Positions 1 through 10,955 of a DNA stretch of 64,000 bases are shown one piece after another. How positions within the stretch are numbered: the stretch's first letter is position 1; each line of letters starts with the position of its first letter. Where the stretch lies: positions 40,611-104,610 of the forward strand of contig CAKOMQ010000001.1 of the NCBI GenBank assembly GCA_934096715.1, written 5' to 3'. The notes beneath the pieces are model-generated. The model worked only from the letters and a program-made list of their open reading frames with translations. It was not told where the DNA came from and did not search any database. Source of the DNA: an uncultured Bacilli bacterium. GTDB taxonomy: Bacteria > Bacillota_I > Bacilli_A > RF39 > UBA660. The position numbers were made by a program, and so were the translations under genes.

Positions 1-263
1 TCAGTATTAATAATTATTTTCTTTTTAATATTATGTCTTTTTAACTCATTCAATATAAATATTCCATCAATTTTAGGTAAAAGAATATCTAGAATTATTA
101 AATCATAACAATCACTATTATGAAGTAAATATTCTAATGCTTTCTCTCCATCTGTTAGTATAGATACAACTTTGATAAGTCCATGATTGTGAAAATACTT
201 TTCCACTTCGTTTGCTAAGTTTTCGTTATCGTCAATTACTACAACGTTAATTTTATTGTCCAT
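1..263 (-). CDS. Response regulator, receiver domain (5' part only; gene runs off the window start), Spo0A-like
   Basis: Not in ORF track. Manual minus-strand translation from ATG 263-261 gives MDNKINVVVIDDNENLANEVEKYFHNHGLIKVVSILTDGEKALEYLL..DLIILDILLPKIDGIFILNELKRH, open to base 1. CheY-like acidic pair and phospho-acceptor Asp context. Confidence 0.7.
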   Translation of the reverse strand, partial: MDNKINVVVIDDNENLANEVEKYFHNHGLIKVVSILTDGEKALEYLLHNSDCYDLIILDILLPKIDGIFILNELKRHNIKKKIIINT

Positions 264-385
264 GTTGACCCCTTCTAACAAATCATCTCCTACAAGAACA
301 ACTATACAATAAAATACGACAAATAGCAATAGCAAAAAATGTCAATTTACACATTTTTTTGTCGAACAGTGTCAAATAAGTGATT

Positions 386-1513
386 TTATTCATCAAAAAC
401 ATTAATTTTTCCAGTTGCAATATACTCAAGAGTCGCGCCACCGCCAGTAGACACATAGTAAAATTTATTTAAATAATTAAATTTTCTAATAGCAGAATAT
501 GTATCTCCACCACCAGCAATAACTTTAGAATTTACATTACTTAACGTTTCAAATAGTAATTTAGTCCCTAAACATGAAGAAACATTCTCGTATTTACCAC
601 AAGTTCCATTTAAGAAAATAGTTTTAGAATGTTCAAATAAAGCAATGTTGTTAATTACGTTATCAACGATTATGTCATCTTTAGATATATCTTCTATTTT
701 ATATAAGCTTTCTTTGCCTTCTAAAATAAAGCAATTAAAGAAAACAAGTTTATTACTATAATTATCAATAATAAAAGTAATATCTTTATATACAGATTCA
801 TCCGTGCATACAAGACTTTTACCTAATTCGAATCCCTTTGCCTTCAAAAAAGAATTAAGTATTCCACCTGTAAGCACTAATTTATCACATTTAGTTATGA
901 TGCTCTTGATAAGTGGTATCTTATCATCAACTTTTGCACCACCCATGATTACAATAAAGGGTCTTTCTGGATTATTAACAAGTAAATTTAAATTAGTTAT
1001 TTCTTCTTCCATTAGAAATCCTACATAAGTAGGTAAATACTTACTAATTCCATAAGTAGATGAATGCATTCTATGACTTGTAGCAAAAGCATCCATTACA
1101 AAAACATCTCCTAATGATGCAAAGTATTTAGATAATTCATCATCATTTGCACTCTCTCTTTTAAATGGAATATCAGTAAATCTAGTATTTTCAAATAAAA
1201 CACATTCACCATAATTAAGATTATTTATATCATAATTAAATATTTCTTTATAAAAAGAAACTTTTACATATTTTTTTAATTCATTATAAACAATTTCTAA
1301 TGAATTATTCTTTAAGTCTTCTTCCTTTTTTACTCTACCAAAATGACTTAAGATAATTATTCTATTATTATTTTTAAGTAAATACTTAATAGTCTTTAAA
1401 CTTTTAACAATTTTAGTATCATCTAAAATAACATTATTACTAACTGGTACATTGAAATCGCATCTTAATATAACCGTTTTATTAGTAATAAAAGAGTTAC
1501 TTAAATAATTCAT
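386..1513 (-). CDS. pgk: Phosphoglycerate kinase
   Basis: 375 aa. DFNVP near N-terminus, GGGDT and STGGGA motifs near C-terminus. Directly downstream of gap. Confidence 0.9.
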   Translation of the reverse strand: MNYLSNSFITNKTVILRCDFNVPVSNNVILDDTKIVKSLKTIKYLLKNNNRIIILSHFGRVKKEEDLKNNSLEIVYNELKKYVKVSFYKEIFNYDINNLNYGECVLFENTRFTDIPFKRESANDDELSKYFASLGDVFVMDAFATSHRMHSSTYGISKYLPTYVGFLMEEEITNLNLLVNNPERPFIVIMGGAKVDDKIPLIKSIITKCDKLVLTGGILNSFLKAKGFELGKSLVCTDESVYKDITFIIDNYSNKLVFFNCFILEGKESLYKIEDISKDDIIVDNVINNIALFEHSKTIFLNGTCGKYENVSSCLGTKLLFETLSNVNSKVIAGGGDTYSAIRKFNYLNKFYYVSTGGGATLEYIATGKINVFDE

Positions 1514-1514
1514 A

Positions 1515-2519
1515 TTATCTAAACATACATCTTGCTACTTTTAACATTTGACAAGTGTATCCCCATTCATTATCATACCATGCCACTAGTTTTAATAGTT
1601 GACCTGACTCAGTATTAATTACATTTGTTAAATTCAAATCTACAAGCGCTCCACATTCTTCTCCAATAACATCACTAGAAACAATTGGTGCTAATATTAC
1701 TTTAAGTGAATCATTTTGACTATTCGTTAATAAGTTATTTACTTCTTCTTTACTAACAGTCTCATTTAACTCTAAAGTAACATCAATTAAAGAGCCATCT
1801 ACTGTCGGAACACGATAGCTAATACCGTCCATCTTTCCGTTTAATACAGGAATAACTTTACCAATTGATGATGCCGCACCAGTGGATGTAGGAATTATAT
1901 TTTGAAATGCTGAACGACCACGTCTAGACATTATTCCCTTTTTATGAGCAATATCCAAAGTGACTTGATCATTAGTTAAAGAATGTACTGTAATCATAAA
2001 TCCTTTTTTTACTGTATAGTTATCTACTATTACCTTGAGCATAGGTGCTAAACAATTTGTAGTACAACTAGAAGCAGAAACCACTTGTTCACTACCATCA
2101 AGAATATCTGTGTTAACGCCATTTACCACAGTTTTTATATCTCCCTTACCAGGAGCAGAAATAAGAACCTTTTTAGCACCTGCCACAATATGTTTTAAAG
2201 CATCTTCATATTTTGTAAATAATCCAGTACATTCTAAAACTAAATCTATATTCAATTCCTTCCAAGGTAAATTAACCGGATCTTTTTCACTAAATACTCT
2301 TATTTTTTTAACATTACTTATAATAATATTTTCATTATCAAAACTTATTTCATTAACATGAAACCTTCCATGAACTGTATCATATTTAATTAAATGTGCA
2401 AGTTCTTCAGGACTAGATAAATCGTTTATCGCTACTATATCAAAGTCTGGACTTGTAATCATCTGCCTAAAAGCTATTCTTCCTATTCTACCACAACCAT
2501 TTATTGCTACTCTAATCAT
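1515..2519 (-). CDS. gap: Glyceraldehyde-3-phosphate dehydrogenase
   Basis: 334 aa. NGCGRIGR N-terminus, catalytic SCTTNC, WYDNEWGY C-terminal motif. Confidence 0.95.
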   Translation of the reverse strand: MIRVAINGCGRIGRIAFRQMITSPDFDIVAINDLSSPEELAHLIKYDTVHGRFHVNEISFDNENIIISNVKKIRVFSEKDPVNLPWKELNIDLVLECTGLFTKYEDALKHIVAGAKKVLISAPGKGDIKTVVNGVNTDILDGSEQVVSASSCTTNCLAPMLKVIVDNYTVKKGFMITVHSLTNDQVTLDIAHKKGIMSRRGRSAFQNIIPTSTGAASSIGKVIPVLNGKMDGISYRVPTVDGSLIDVTLELNETVSKEEVNNLLTNSQNDSLKVILAPIVSSDVIGEECGALVDLNLTNVINTESGQLLKLVAWYDNEWGYTCQMLKVARCMFR

Positions 2520-4185
2520 TATATCTACCTCCTATAAACTCTCTTAATATTGAATCTTCCGGAATATATTCTCCAGGAATCATATAAAATGGTTTTAAAA
2601 AATTTAATAATCTTCTTGCTTCTTCATAATACTCATCATTTATATCAACCGAATATAAAAGTGGTTCTGCAAATACTTTAAGAGCTCCTACTTCATATGC
2701 TAAAGCAGTATTTATAATAATATCAGCATCAGGTATATATGGAAATATATACTTTTCTTCACCATTTCTTACCCTTTGCCAACTCTCTATTGTATTTTCA
2801 ACCTTATATCCCCTAGTTCTATTATCTCTTATTATTCTTCTTAGCAATCTTAAATCTATTGTTGAAATATAATTATGTCTATCTATATTTAATGGTATAA
2901 AAGGACTCAAATATATTTTAAATTTATATTTATCATCTATAGTTGGTGTTAACTTATTATTAAGAGCATGTAATCCTTCAATTAATATAATACTATTATT
3001 GTCAAGTTTTATAAATTTATCTGTATATTCTTTTTTACCAGTTATAAAATTATATTTTCTTTCTCTTACAGAATCTCCTTTAAGTAAATTGTTTAAGTCC
3101 TCATTAAATCCTTCTACATCAATAACCTCTAAACATTCAAAGTCATAATTACCATTCTCATCTTTAGGACTTAAATCTCTATCGACATAATAGTCATCTA
3201 TACTTAATCTAAGAGTATCATAACCACTAGCATTTAAATAATCAGCAAGTCTTCTGCATGTAGTTGTTTTTCCACTAGATGAAGGCCCTGCAATTAAAAC
3301 AAATTTAATATTCTTGTTATCTGTAATCTTTTTAGCAGCCTGTGCCAAACTCAAATTAAATACAAGTTCACATGATTTAATAAATTTATTAATTTCATTA
3401 GTACAAACTTTTTTGTTAATATCACATAAATAATTAACATTTAAATCTTCTAATAAACACTTTCCTTTATAAAAAGAATTGATTATATTATCACAATTAG
3501 TATATAACGTTAACTCTCCACTTAAATTTGGAGTTAACACAATTAATCTGTGACCATCAAGGAGTTTTACATTAAATTTATTAATAATTCCCGTACTATA
3601 AGGTAAAAGAGTATAAAAATAATTATGTCTACCGAGCATACTATAAATACTTACTACTTTATCACTTATGTTTTGTATATTAAATCCTTTTTCAAAATAT
3701 CCACTACGCTTATAATAATCTATGGCTTCTTCTTTTAATATTGTAAGTTTCTTAATCACTATATCTTCATGAATTAACTTGTTCATTTCATTTTTAACTT
3801 TATTTATATCTTCTTCTTGAAAGGAATAATTATTACTAATCTTAGCAAGTACTCCAGTCGGAACACTATGTTCAAAACTAACTTCAATATCAGAATAAAT
3901 ATTCTTTAATGCTGCTTCAAAAATAAAAAGTACCCCGTTTTTATATATTTTGTTTCCAAGCACATCATGTACAGTAACAATACTTATACTACATGAATCA
4001 AATACCTTCTCACTCAAGTGGTGTAATTGATTATCTACATTAACCGCAAGTGCTTTATTTAACACCCCAAAATACTTACATATCTCATAGTAAGTTGTGC
4101 CTTTTTCAAAACTGTTAAGTAAATTACCATATTTAATGTCTATAGTATTCACATTATCATCCCTTATCTTAATATAGTTTATCAT
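2512..4185 (-). CDS. Long uridine/nucleoside kinase family protein with N-terminal TGS/ThrRS-like region
   Basis: 557 aa. Walker A GPSSSGKTTT in a C-terminal PRK/uridine-kinase-like half. The N-terminal half resembles the extra domain of long Udk proteins of clostridia. Confidence 0.65.
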   Translation of the reverse strand: MINYIKIRDDNVNTIDIKYGNLLNSFEKGTTYYEICKYFGVLNKALAVNVDNQLHHLSEKVFDSCSISIVTVHDVLGNKIYKNGVLFIFEAALKNIYSDIEVSFEHSVPTGVLAKISNNYSFQEEDINKVKNEMNKLIHEDIVIKKLTILKEEAIDYYKRSGYFEKGFNIQNISDKVVSIYSMLGRHNYFYTLLPYSTGIINKFNVKLLDGHRLIVLTPNLSGELTLYTNCDNIINSFYKGKCLLEDLNVNYLCDINKKVCTNEINKFIKSCELVFNLSLAQAAKKITDNKNIKFVLIAGPSSSGKTTTCRRLADYLNASGYDTLRLSIDDYYVDRDLSPKDENGNYDFECLEVIDVEGFNEDLNNLLKGDSVRERKYNFITGKKEYTDKFIKLDNNSIILIEGLHALNNKLTPTIDDKYKFKIYLSPFIPLNIDRHNYISTIDLRLLRRIIRDNRTRGYKVENTIESWQRVRNGEEKYIFPYIPDADIIINTALAYEVGALKVFAEPLLYSVDINDEYYEEARRLLNFLKPFYMIPGEYIPEDSILREFIGGRYND

Positions 4186-4246
4186 AATTTAATACTTTTT
4201 TGAATAAAAATTAATGAATTAATATATTATAATTATAGGTGAAAAA

Positions 4247-4816
4247 ATGAACATAATTCCAACTGTTATTGAAAAAAGAAGTAATAGAGAGTGTGCATAT
4301 GATTTATATTCAAGATTACTTGAAGATAGAATCATATTTATAAGTGGAGAAATTAATGATTCTCTAGCAAATATTGTTATAAGTGAATTACTATACCTGG
4401 ATTCATTAAATAATAATGATATTTACATGTATATAAATTCTCCAGGCGGAAGTGTTACAAGCGGAATGGCTATATACGATACAATGAACTATGTTAAAAG
4501 TGATATTAGAACTATTGCGGTTGGACTATCAGCTAGCATGGGAGCATTTATTCTAGCAAATGGAACACTTGGGAAAAGATGTGCATTAAAAAATTCTGAA
4601 ATAATGATTCATCAACCACTTGGTGGCACTAGTGGACAAGCAACAGATATTAAAATAGCAGCTGAACACATCTTAAAAACTAAAGACAAAATAAATAAAA
4701 TACTTGCAAGTGTTACTAAAAAAGATATTAAAACAATTGAACTAGACACTGAAAGAGATAATTTTATGGATCCAAAAACCGCCTTAGAATATGGACTAAT
4801 AGACGAAATAATATAA
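4247..4816 (+). CDS. clpP: ATP-dependent Clp protease proteolytic subunit
   Basis: 189 aa. Catalytic Ser context GLSASMGAF, His context MIHQPLGG. Confidence 0.95.
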   Translation: MNIIPTVIEKRSNRECAYDLYSRLLEDRIIFISGEINDSLANIVISELLYLDSLNNNDIYMYINSPGGSVTSGMAIYDTMNYVKSDIRTIAVGLSASMGAFILANGTLGKRCALKNSEIMIHQPLGGTSGQATDIKIAAEHILKTKDKINKILASVTKKDIKTIELDTERDNFMDPKTALEYGLIDEII

Positions 4817-4831
4817 AAACGACTAGAAAAT

Positions 4832-5125
4832 CTAATCGTTCATTCTAATAATCGTATCACCAGATTCAGAAAACATAAATTTTTCTTTGGCATATCTTTT
4901 TAAATATGTATCATCTTTTAGTTTCGTAATTTCACTATTTAATGCCTCTTCTTCTTCAAGTAAGCTTTCGTATTCACTTGCTAAAGCAATCTCTCTTGAT
5001 TTGTTATTAAGTATTTTAGTCCAATCTTTATAAACGCTTGAAACTAATAAAGTAAGTAATCCAATTATAGTAACACTTATTAAAAACAATCTCTTTTTTT
5101 CTTTTTTACTTTTCTTCGTTTTCAA
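4832..5125 (-). CDS. divIC: Septum formation initiator family protein (DivIC/FtsB)
   Basis: 97 aa. One N-terminal TM helix then a coiled coil. Position after yabP-yabQ as in B. subtilis. Confidence 0.7.
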   Translation of the reverse strand: MKTKKSKKEKKRLFLISVTIIGLLTLLVSSVYKDWTKILNNKSREIALASEYESLLEEEEALNSEITKLKDDTYLKRYAKEKFMFSESGDTIIRMND

Positions 5126-5177
5126 TTACTATCACCCCGAATTTTCATAATAATACTACCAACAAAAAAAGAACTAT

Positions 5178-5483
5178 TCAAGTTCTTTTTCTTACTTTTA
5201 CATGAATTTTACGTAATTTAACACCTTTTAAACAAGAAATACCAACATATATACCTACTAAAAGTGTCATTATAAAATAAATATGAAGATATCCATTATT
5301 TAGATAATATACCAGTATAACATAAATTATTAAAACATCTAAAGTAAATATTATAGTTAAAATATTATTGAATACTTTTTTTAAGTTATTAACAATTTTA
5401 TAATTCAATTTAAATAGAAAACTTGCAACTATTCCGTATAAAAATGAAAATATAAATGTTATTAATTGTATATTTGCAGTCAT
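5178..5483 (-). CDS. yabQ: Spore cortex biosynthesis protein YabQ
   Basis: 101 aa multi-TM protein. Its start overlaps the yabP stop by 1 nt. Conserved yabP-yabQ-divIC order. Confidence 0.7.
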   Translation of the reverse strand: MTANIQLITFIFSFLYGIVASFLFKLNYKIVNNLKKVFNNILTIIFTLDVLIIYVILVYYLNNGYLHIYFIMTLLVGIYVGISCLKGVKLRKIHVKVRKRT

Positions 5484-5773
5484 TATTTAAATAGTTTTGT
5501 TAATAAACTTTCTTCTTTTCCTTTTTTAACAGATTCAATATATTGAAAGCTATTAATTTTTCCTTTTATCTTTACATTACCATCATGAGTATCTAATTTA
5601 ATAACTTCTAATTTTTCACCTTTAATATGAATCATTCCCATTACTGATTCTAACAAAAATTCTTCATTATCAAAACTAACTATCTTTTTAATACCAGTAA
5701 GAGTTATAATACCCCTATCAATTATTTTTAATTCATGATTACCAAAATTTATTGACTCAGTTCCATTTTCCAT
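5483..5773 (-). CDS. yabP: Sporulation protein YabP
   Basis: 96 aa. YabP-like sequence (LTGIKKIVSFDNEEFLLES..IKGEKLEVIKLD) and synteny. Confidence 0.8.
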   Translation of the reverse strand: MENGTESINFGNHELKIIDRGIITLTGIKKIVSFDNEEFLLESVMGMIHIKGEKLEVIKLDTHDGNVKIKGKINSFQYIESVKKGKEESLLTKLFK

Positions 5774-5815
5774 TTAATCACCAATAAAATATATGTTTAA
5801 ACAAGAAAAAAATGC

Positions 5816-7156
5816 CTATTCGGCAAATATTTTCTTATAATTTTCTTGATTAAGAGTAATAACTACTTTTTCTTTTGTGTAAGGGAAATTAATTCGTTTA
5901 CCTTTTAATTCATCTTTAATTTCACTAACAATATCAAATGGAGTCACTTTTTTTTCAAAACAAATATTTTCATCATCACTATAATATTCTTTTGTAATTT
6001 TACATTCAATATAGTTGCTACAATAGTAATCGATTACAATATTATTTTTAGAATTATCAATTTTATAATCAATATATAAATAGTCATGAATATTTACATT
6101 ATCTAAATTATCAATAATCATAGTGTCCATTTTGACTAGTTTATCATCATTTACTATTTCATAACTTTCAAGTTCAACTAATGCAGCTCCGGACATTAAT
6201 CCAAATAAGACAATACTTGAGAAAAAGAGTATAAATGAAACTTTATAATTATATTCTAAATTAAAAACATAAGAATATAAAAGTTTAATAAACAAATAAC
6301 TTATAACTAGTAATGTCAAAATAATTATCGAAACATAAATAAATAGTATTCCTGTATTAGCTAAGTAAATTGAAAAAACAAGTGACATGGCGAGTACAGC
6401 TATCCCCATTAATATTGGGATTGAGAAGAATAGAATGAATGCTTTAAAACATACTCTAAATATCCTGCCAAATATTCCAAAAAAATGATTAGTACTGTCT
6501 TTATAATCTCTTACTATTATTTTTTCTGTTTGTTTATTACTTATTTGTAATTCGGGTTCAGTCTTTTCTTCAACTTTATTTAATTCTTTATTGATTATTT
6601 GATCATTTAAAAGATAATAATTTAAATATCTGATATTAAATAAGTGAAATAAAATAATAACACTAAGAATCGTACATAGTAAATAAGTAATCGCTGATAC
6701 AAATCTATTGAAAAACTCTAAAAAATAATTCCCCCAGAATATATTTCTAAATATGCTTTCAATACCACTACTTATGATCATCGACAATATATATAAAATA
6801 AACGATACAAAAAGTAGTTCAAATACACATTTAAGTAATTCCCTAAAAGTCATTCTAGAAAACGTATTAATAACTTTAGTAATATAATCTATAAATATTT
6901 TATAATAACTCTTTAAAGTATTTTTATTTACTTTATTTAACTTTACTGATTCTCCTATTACACCATCATCAAGTAAATCTTCTAGCTTACATTCTAGTAT
7001 TTTTGTTAATTCAATTATTTTATCCATATCAGGATAAGAAGAACCGTTTTCCCACTTACTTACCGACTGACGAGAAACATTCATTTTCTCAGCTAATTGT
7101 TCTTGAGATAAATTACTTTCCTTACGTTTCCTTGCTAACTTATCTGAAAATCTCAT
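5816..7156 (-). CDS. XRE-family HTH protein fused to a multi-pass membrane domain
   Basis: 446 aa. N-terminal LSQEQLAEKMNVSRQSVSKWENG helix-turn-helix, several hydrophobic segments, soluble C-terminal region. Confidence 0.6.
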   Translation of the reverse strand: MRFSDKLARKRKESNLSQEQLAEKMNVSRQSVSKWENGSSYPDMDKIIELTKILECKLEDLLDDGVIGESVKLNKVNKNTLKSYYKIFIDYITKVINTFSRMTFRELLKCVFELLFVSFILYILSMIISSGIESIFRNIFWGNYFLEFFNRFVSAITYLLCTILSVIILFHLFNIRYLNYYLLNDQIINKELNKVEEKTEPELQISNKQTEKIIVRDYKDSTNHFFGIFGRIFRVCFKAFILFFSIPILMGIAVLAMSLVFSIYLANTGILFIYVSIIILTLLVISYLFIKLLYSYVFNLEYNYKVSFILFFSSIVLFGLMSGAALVELESYEIVNDDKLVKMDTMIIDNLDNVNIHDYLYIDYKIDNSKNNIVIDYYCSNYIECKITKEYYSDDENICFEKKVTPFDIVSEIKDELKGKRINFPYTKEKVVITLNQENYKKIFAE

Positions 7157-7242
7157 AAAATCATCTCCTATGCCAAAATTATAGCAACAAATTACCTAGT
7201 AGCAACACCTATAATTACTATCTTTTTGTAAACTTTCGGTTG

Positions 7243-10200
7243 CTAATTAATATTTTCTTCAATAATTTCCATTAAATCTACCAAATAATAAATATAATGT
7301 TTTTCTAACGTTTTATAATATAATTTAACATTAATCATATTATTCATATATGATATATTAAATTTATTTGATAACTTTAATGTTTCAATTAGGAATCTAT
7401 CTCCTTTAATTTTCTGACTTAATTCTTTAGAAAGAATAACTTCTACAAACCTATCATTAACATCAATTTTATAAATATCCAATTGTTTTTTCTTATAATT
7501 AAGAATTTCATTATTCATATAAATATCCATATCATCATCTATTTTACCAAATCTATTTACAATTTCATTTTTAATACTAGTTAATTCTTCTTTATTTGAA
7601 ATAGAATTTATTAATTTATGAATCTCTATTTTAATATCTTCATCACTAACATAATCGTCTTTTATATGTGTAGATATATTAAGTTCTGAAACGTCATCAT
7701 TATCATCATCATCTTCTATTACAATTTCGCCTTTAGCCTTCTTAAGTTCATTTTCAATCATTTTAACATATAATGATATACCAACTTCATCTACAAATCC
7801 TGCTTGATCACTTCCAAATATATCTCCAGCACCACGAATAGCTAAATCACGCATCGCAATTTTATAGCCACTTCCTAATTCAGTAAAATCCTTTATGGCT
7901 TGTAATCGTTTTATTGCATTATCATTAAGTTCCTTATTTGGTTTATAAAATAAATATGCATGGCCAATCCTATCACTTCTACCAACTCGACCTCTTATTT
8001 GATATAATTGGCCAAGCCCAAAATTATCGGCATTATAAACAATTAAAGTATTAGCATTTCCAATATCAATACCATTTTCTATAATAGTAGTACATAGCAA
8101 TATATCAAATTTATACTCTTTAAAGTCGTTCATTACTTCGTCTAGTTCTTCTTTATTCATAGTACCATAAGCAATCCTTATTCTAGCTTCAGGAACCATC
8201 TTAAGTAGTTTATCTTGTATATTATATATATCTTCAATTCTATTATATAAAACATAAATTTGACCTTTTCTAGAAAGTTCTTTATAAATAGCATCCCTTA
8301 TAATTAAATCATTCTCTTTTAATACATAGGTTTGAACAGGATATCTGTTGATAGGGGGTGTTTCAATAATAGATAAATCTCTCAAACCTGATAGTGCCAT
8401 CTTTAACGTTCTAGGTATAGGTGTAGCAGATAATGTAAGTACATTAATGTCTTTCTTATAATTTTTTATCTTCTCCTTATGTGACACTCCAAATCTTTGC
8501 TCTTCATCAACAACTAATAATCCTAAATTTTTAAATTTAATATCATTAGCAAGCAACTTATGAGTACCCACAACAATATCAATTACACCATCCTTCAATT
8601 CTTTTTTTATTCTTTCTACTTGTTTAGGAGTTTGAAATCTATTTAGTAGTTCAATAGTAACAGGTATATTTTTAAATCTATCCTTAATTACTTCATATTG
8701 TTGCTTAGATAATATAGTTGTAGGGCATAAATATATAACTTGTTTATTATTAAGCACTGCTTTATTTATAGCACGTGCTGCTACTTCTGTTTTACCAAAA
8801 CCTACATCGCCGCAGAGTAACCTATCCATAGGGGTTTCACTATTTAAGTCATTTTCAATTTCCATAACTGCTTTCTTTTGATCTTTAGTCAATTCATATT
8901 CAAATTCAGAATTAAATATGTCTTCAAGTTCATAGTTGACATATTTTTCTTTCTTTATTGATGCCCTTTCACGATAAAGTTCAAGAAGTTCTAAAGATAT
9001 ATCTTTAGCTTTTGATTTAGCTTTAGCTCTAGTTTTTAACCAAGATATGGAATTTAACCTGTTTAATTTAGGCTTAGCACCATCTTTATCTCCATATTTA
9101 TATATAGTATTAATTTTTTCAATAGGTATATATATTTTATCATTTTTGTCATATAAAATTTGTATATAATCTTTATATATACCATTTTTACTAAGAGTTT
9201 TTAACCCATTATAAATACCAATACCATGCTCTAAATGAACTACATAGTCCCCTTTATTAATATCGTTAAAGCTGGTTATTCTTTTACCAATCTTAATTTT
9301 CGACTTATAATTATTTCTTATATTAACCTGTTTTCCAATGTCATTAGCAGATATAACGACATATTTATCAATAACAAACCCTTTACTTAAATTAATATTT
9401 AATATTTTAGCATTACAAAACATTTCTCTGATTATATTTTTTTGATAATCAGTTGTTAAGCAAAAGATTACTTTTTTATTTTCATTTATCCATTTATTAT
9501 AGTTTTCTTTAAGTATTTCATAATTCTCATTATAATTAGCCATTTGTCTAATATTATAATCTTCATTACTTCTAATAGTATCTACAAAATAAGTTTTACC
9601 AATTATTAATTCTTCTAAACTATAATATGTATTTTCAAAATTTGAGTCATGCTCTTTATAAGATACAATATCTTCTTGTAATTTTTCATTAGAAATTTTT
9701 AATTGATCATAATTTACAATAAAAGTAGCCTCGGCGTTAATAAATTTTGGAAATAATTCATAATTTCCATCATCACTTTCTTTACAAGAAGTTATCATAA
9801 TTGATTCTAATTCTTTATTAGAAATTTGAGATTCTGGATTAAATTCCTTAATGGACTCAACTATATTACCATTATATTCTATTCTAATTGGATAATCACT
9901 TGTTATAGGAAATAAATCAACAATCATTCCACGCGACGCAAATTCAAATGATTGAGTAACCAAAGACTCTTTATTAAAGCCAAAATCAAGTAAAGTACTA
10001 ATTAAATCACTTTTATTTAAATTATCTCCTTTTTTTAAAACCATATTTCTTTTTTTATTACTACAAGATATCTTTTTTAAATATCCCGTTAAATTAGTTA
10101 CCACTATGTAAGGATCTTTTGAGTTAATTTTATTTAGAGTTTCTAACCTAGTAAATTTAAATTCAGGAGAAATAGCCAATGCCACAGAAGTAATAAAATC

Positions 10201-10404
10201 ATCCATTGGGTATAATAAAGCATTATCAGTTAAATTAGAAATATCATTAAATATTTTATTTGCTTCAAATATTGAATTAGTAACAACTAGTACTGTTTTA
10301 TTAATCTTTTTAAAATATTCTAGAACGTAAAAAGCGGATAACTCATTTGTTAATCCATTAATTGTATCATTTTCATAATTAAAATAATTTACTAAAAAAT
10401 CCAT
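7243..10404 (-). CDS. mfd: Transcription-repair coupling factor
   Basis: 1053 aa. Helicase motifs GDVGFGKTEVA and DEEQRFG, CarD-like region. Sits next to pth. Confidence 0.95.
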   Translation of the reverse strand: MDFLVNYFNYENDTINGLTNELSAFYVLEYFKKINKTVLVVTNSIFEANKIFNDISNLTDNALLYPMDDFITSVALAISPEFKFTRLETLNKINSKDPYIVVTNLTGYLKKISCSNKKRNMVLKKGDNLNKSDLISTLLDFGFNKESLVTQSFEFASRGMIVDLFPITSDYPIRIEYNGNIVESIKEFNPESQISNKELESIMITSCKESDDGNYELFPKFINAEATFIVNYDQLKISNEKLQEDIVSYKEHDSNFENTYYSLEELIIGKTYFVDTIRSNEDYNIRQMANYNENYEILKENYNKWINENKKVIFCLTTDYQKNIIREMFCNAKILNINLSKGFVIDKYVVISANDIGKQVNIRNNYKSKIKIGKRITSFNDINKGDYVVHLEHGIGIYNGLKTLSKNGIYKDYIQILYDKNDKIYIPIEKINTIYKYGDKDGAKPKLNRLNSISWLKTRAKAKSKAKDISLELLELYRERASIKKEKYVNYELEDIFNSEFEYELTKDQKKAVMEIENDLNSETPMDRLLCGDVGFGKTEVAARAINKAVLNNKQVIYLCPTTILSKQQYEVIKDRFKNIPVTIELLNRFQTPKQVERIKKELKDGVIDIVVGTHKLLANDIKFKNLGLLVVDEEQRFGVSHKEKIKNYKKDINVLTLSATPIPRTLKMALSGLRDLSIIETPPINRYPVQTYVLKENDLIIRDAIYKELSRKGQIYVLYNRIEDIYNIQDKLLKMVPEARIRIAYGTMNKEELDEVMNDFKEYKFDILLCTTIIENGIDIGNANTLIVYNADNFGLGQLYQIRGRVGRSDRIGHAYLFYKPNKELNDNAIKRLQAIKDFTELGSGYKIAMRDLAIRGAGDIFGSDQAGFVDEVGISLYVKMIENELKKAKGEIVIEDDDDNDDVSELNISTHIKDDYVSDEDIKIEIHKLINSISNKEELTSIKNEIVNRFGKIDDDMDIYMNNEILNYKKKQLDIYKIDVNDRFVEVILSKELSQKIKGDRFLIETLKLSNKFNISYMNNMINVKLYYKTLEKHYIYYLVDLMEIIEENIN

Positions 10405-10408
10405 ATTA

Positions 10409-10954
10409 TCAATCTTTTCTTTGATGACTTATAGTATAATCAATATCATTATTAATAAAATCATCAATAATACTTATATATGTTGGCATATCACTTTGAA
10501 TATGATTTAGTTCATCTTCTGTAAATCTACCTAATACGAATTTATCAGCAGCGTAGTTATTAACAGTGTTAATACCAATTTTTAAACGACCAAACTCTTT
10601 AGAATTTAGATGTTTAATAATTGACTTAATTCCGTTATGTCCACCTGATTCACTAGATTTTTTTACTTTATATGTTCCAAAATTCATATCTAAGTCATCC
10701 TGAATAATAAATACATCACTTATTGATACATGATAATAATTTAAAACTTCTAAAACTGACTCACCCGAATTATTCATATATGTACTAGGTTTTAAATAAA
10801 TAATAGAATTATTTATATATACTTCACCCTTAAACTTCTTTTGCCAAGAAACATTTTTATTTTCTAAATATTTATCTAATATCATAAAACCTATATTATG
10901 ACGAGTATTAACATATTCTTTACCAGGATTGCCTAGTCCAACTATTAATTTCAT
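10409..10954 (-). CDS. pth: Peptidyl-tRNA hydrolase
   Basis: 181 aa. GLGNPG..TRHNIGF N-terminus. Confidence 0.95.
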   Translation of the reverse strand: MKLIVGLGNPGKEYVNTRHNIGFMILDKYLENKNVSWQKKFKGEVYINNSIIYLKPSTYMNNSGESVLEVLNYYHVSISDVFIIQDDLDMNFGTYKVKKSSESGGHNGIKSIIKHLNSKEFGRLKIGINTVNNYAADKFVLGRFTEDELNHIQSDMPTYISIIDDFINNDIDYTISHQRKD

Positions 10955-10955
10955 C

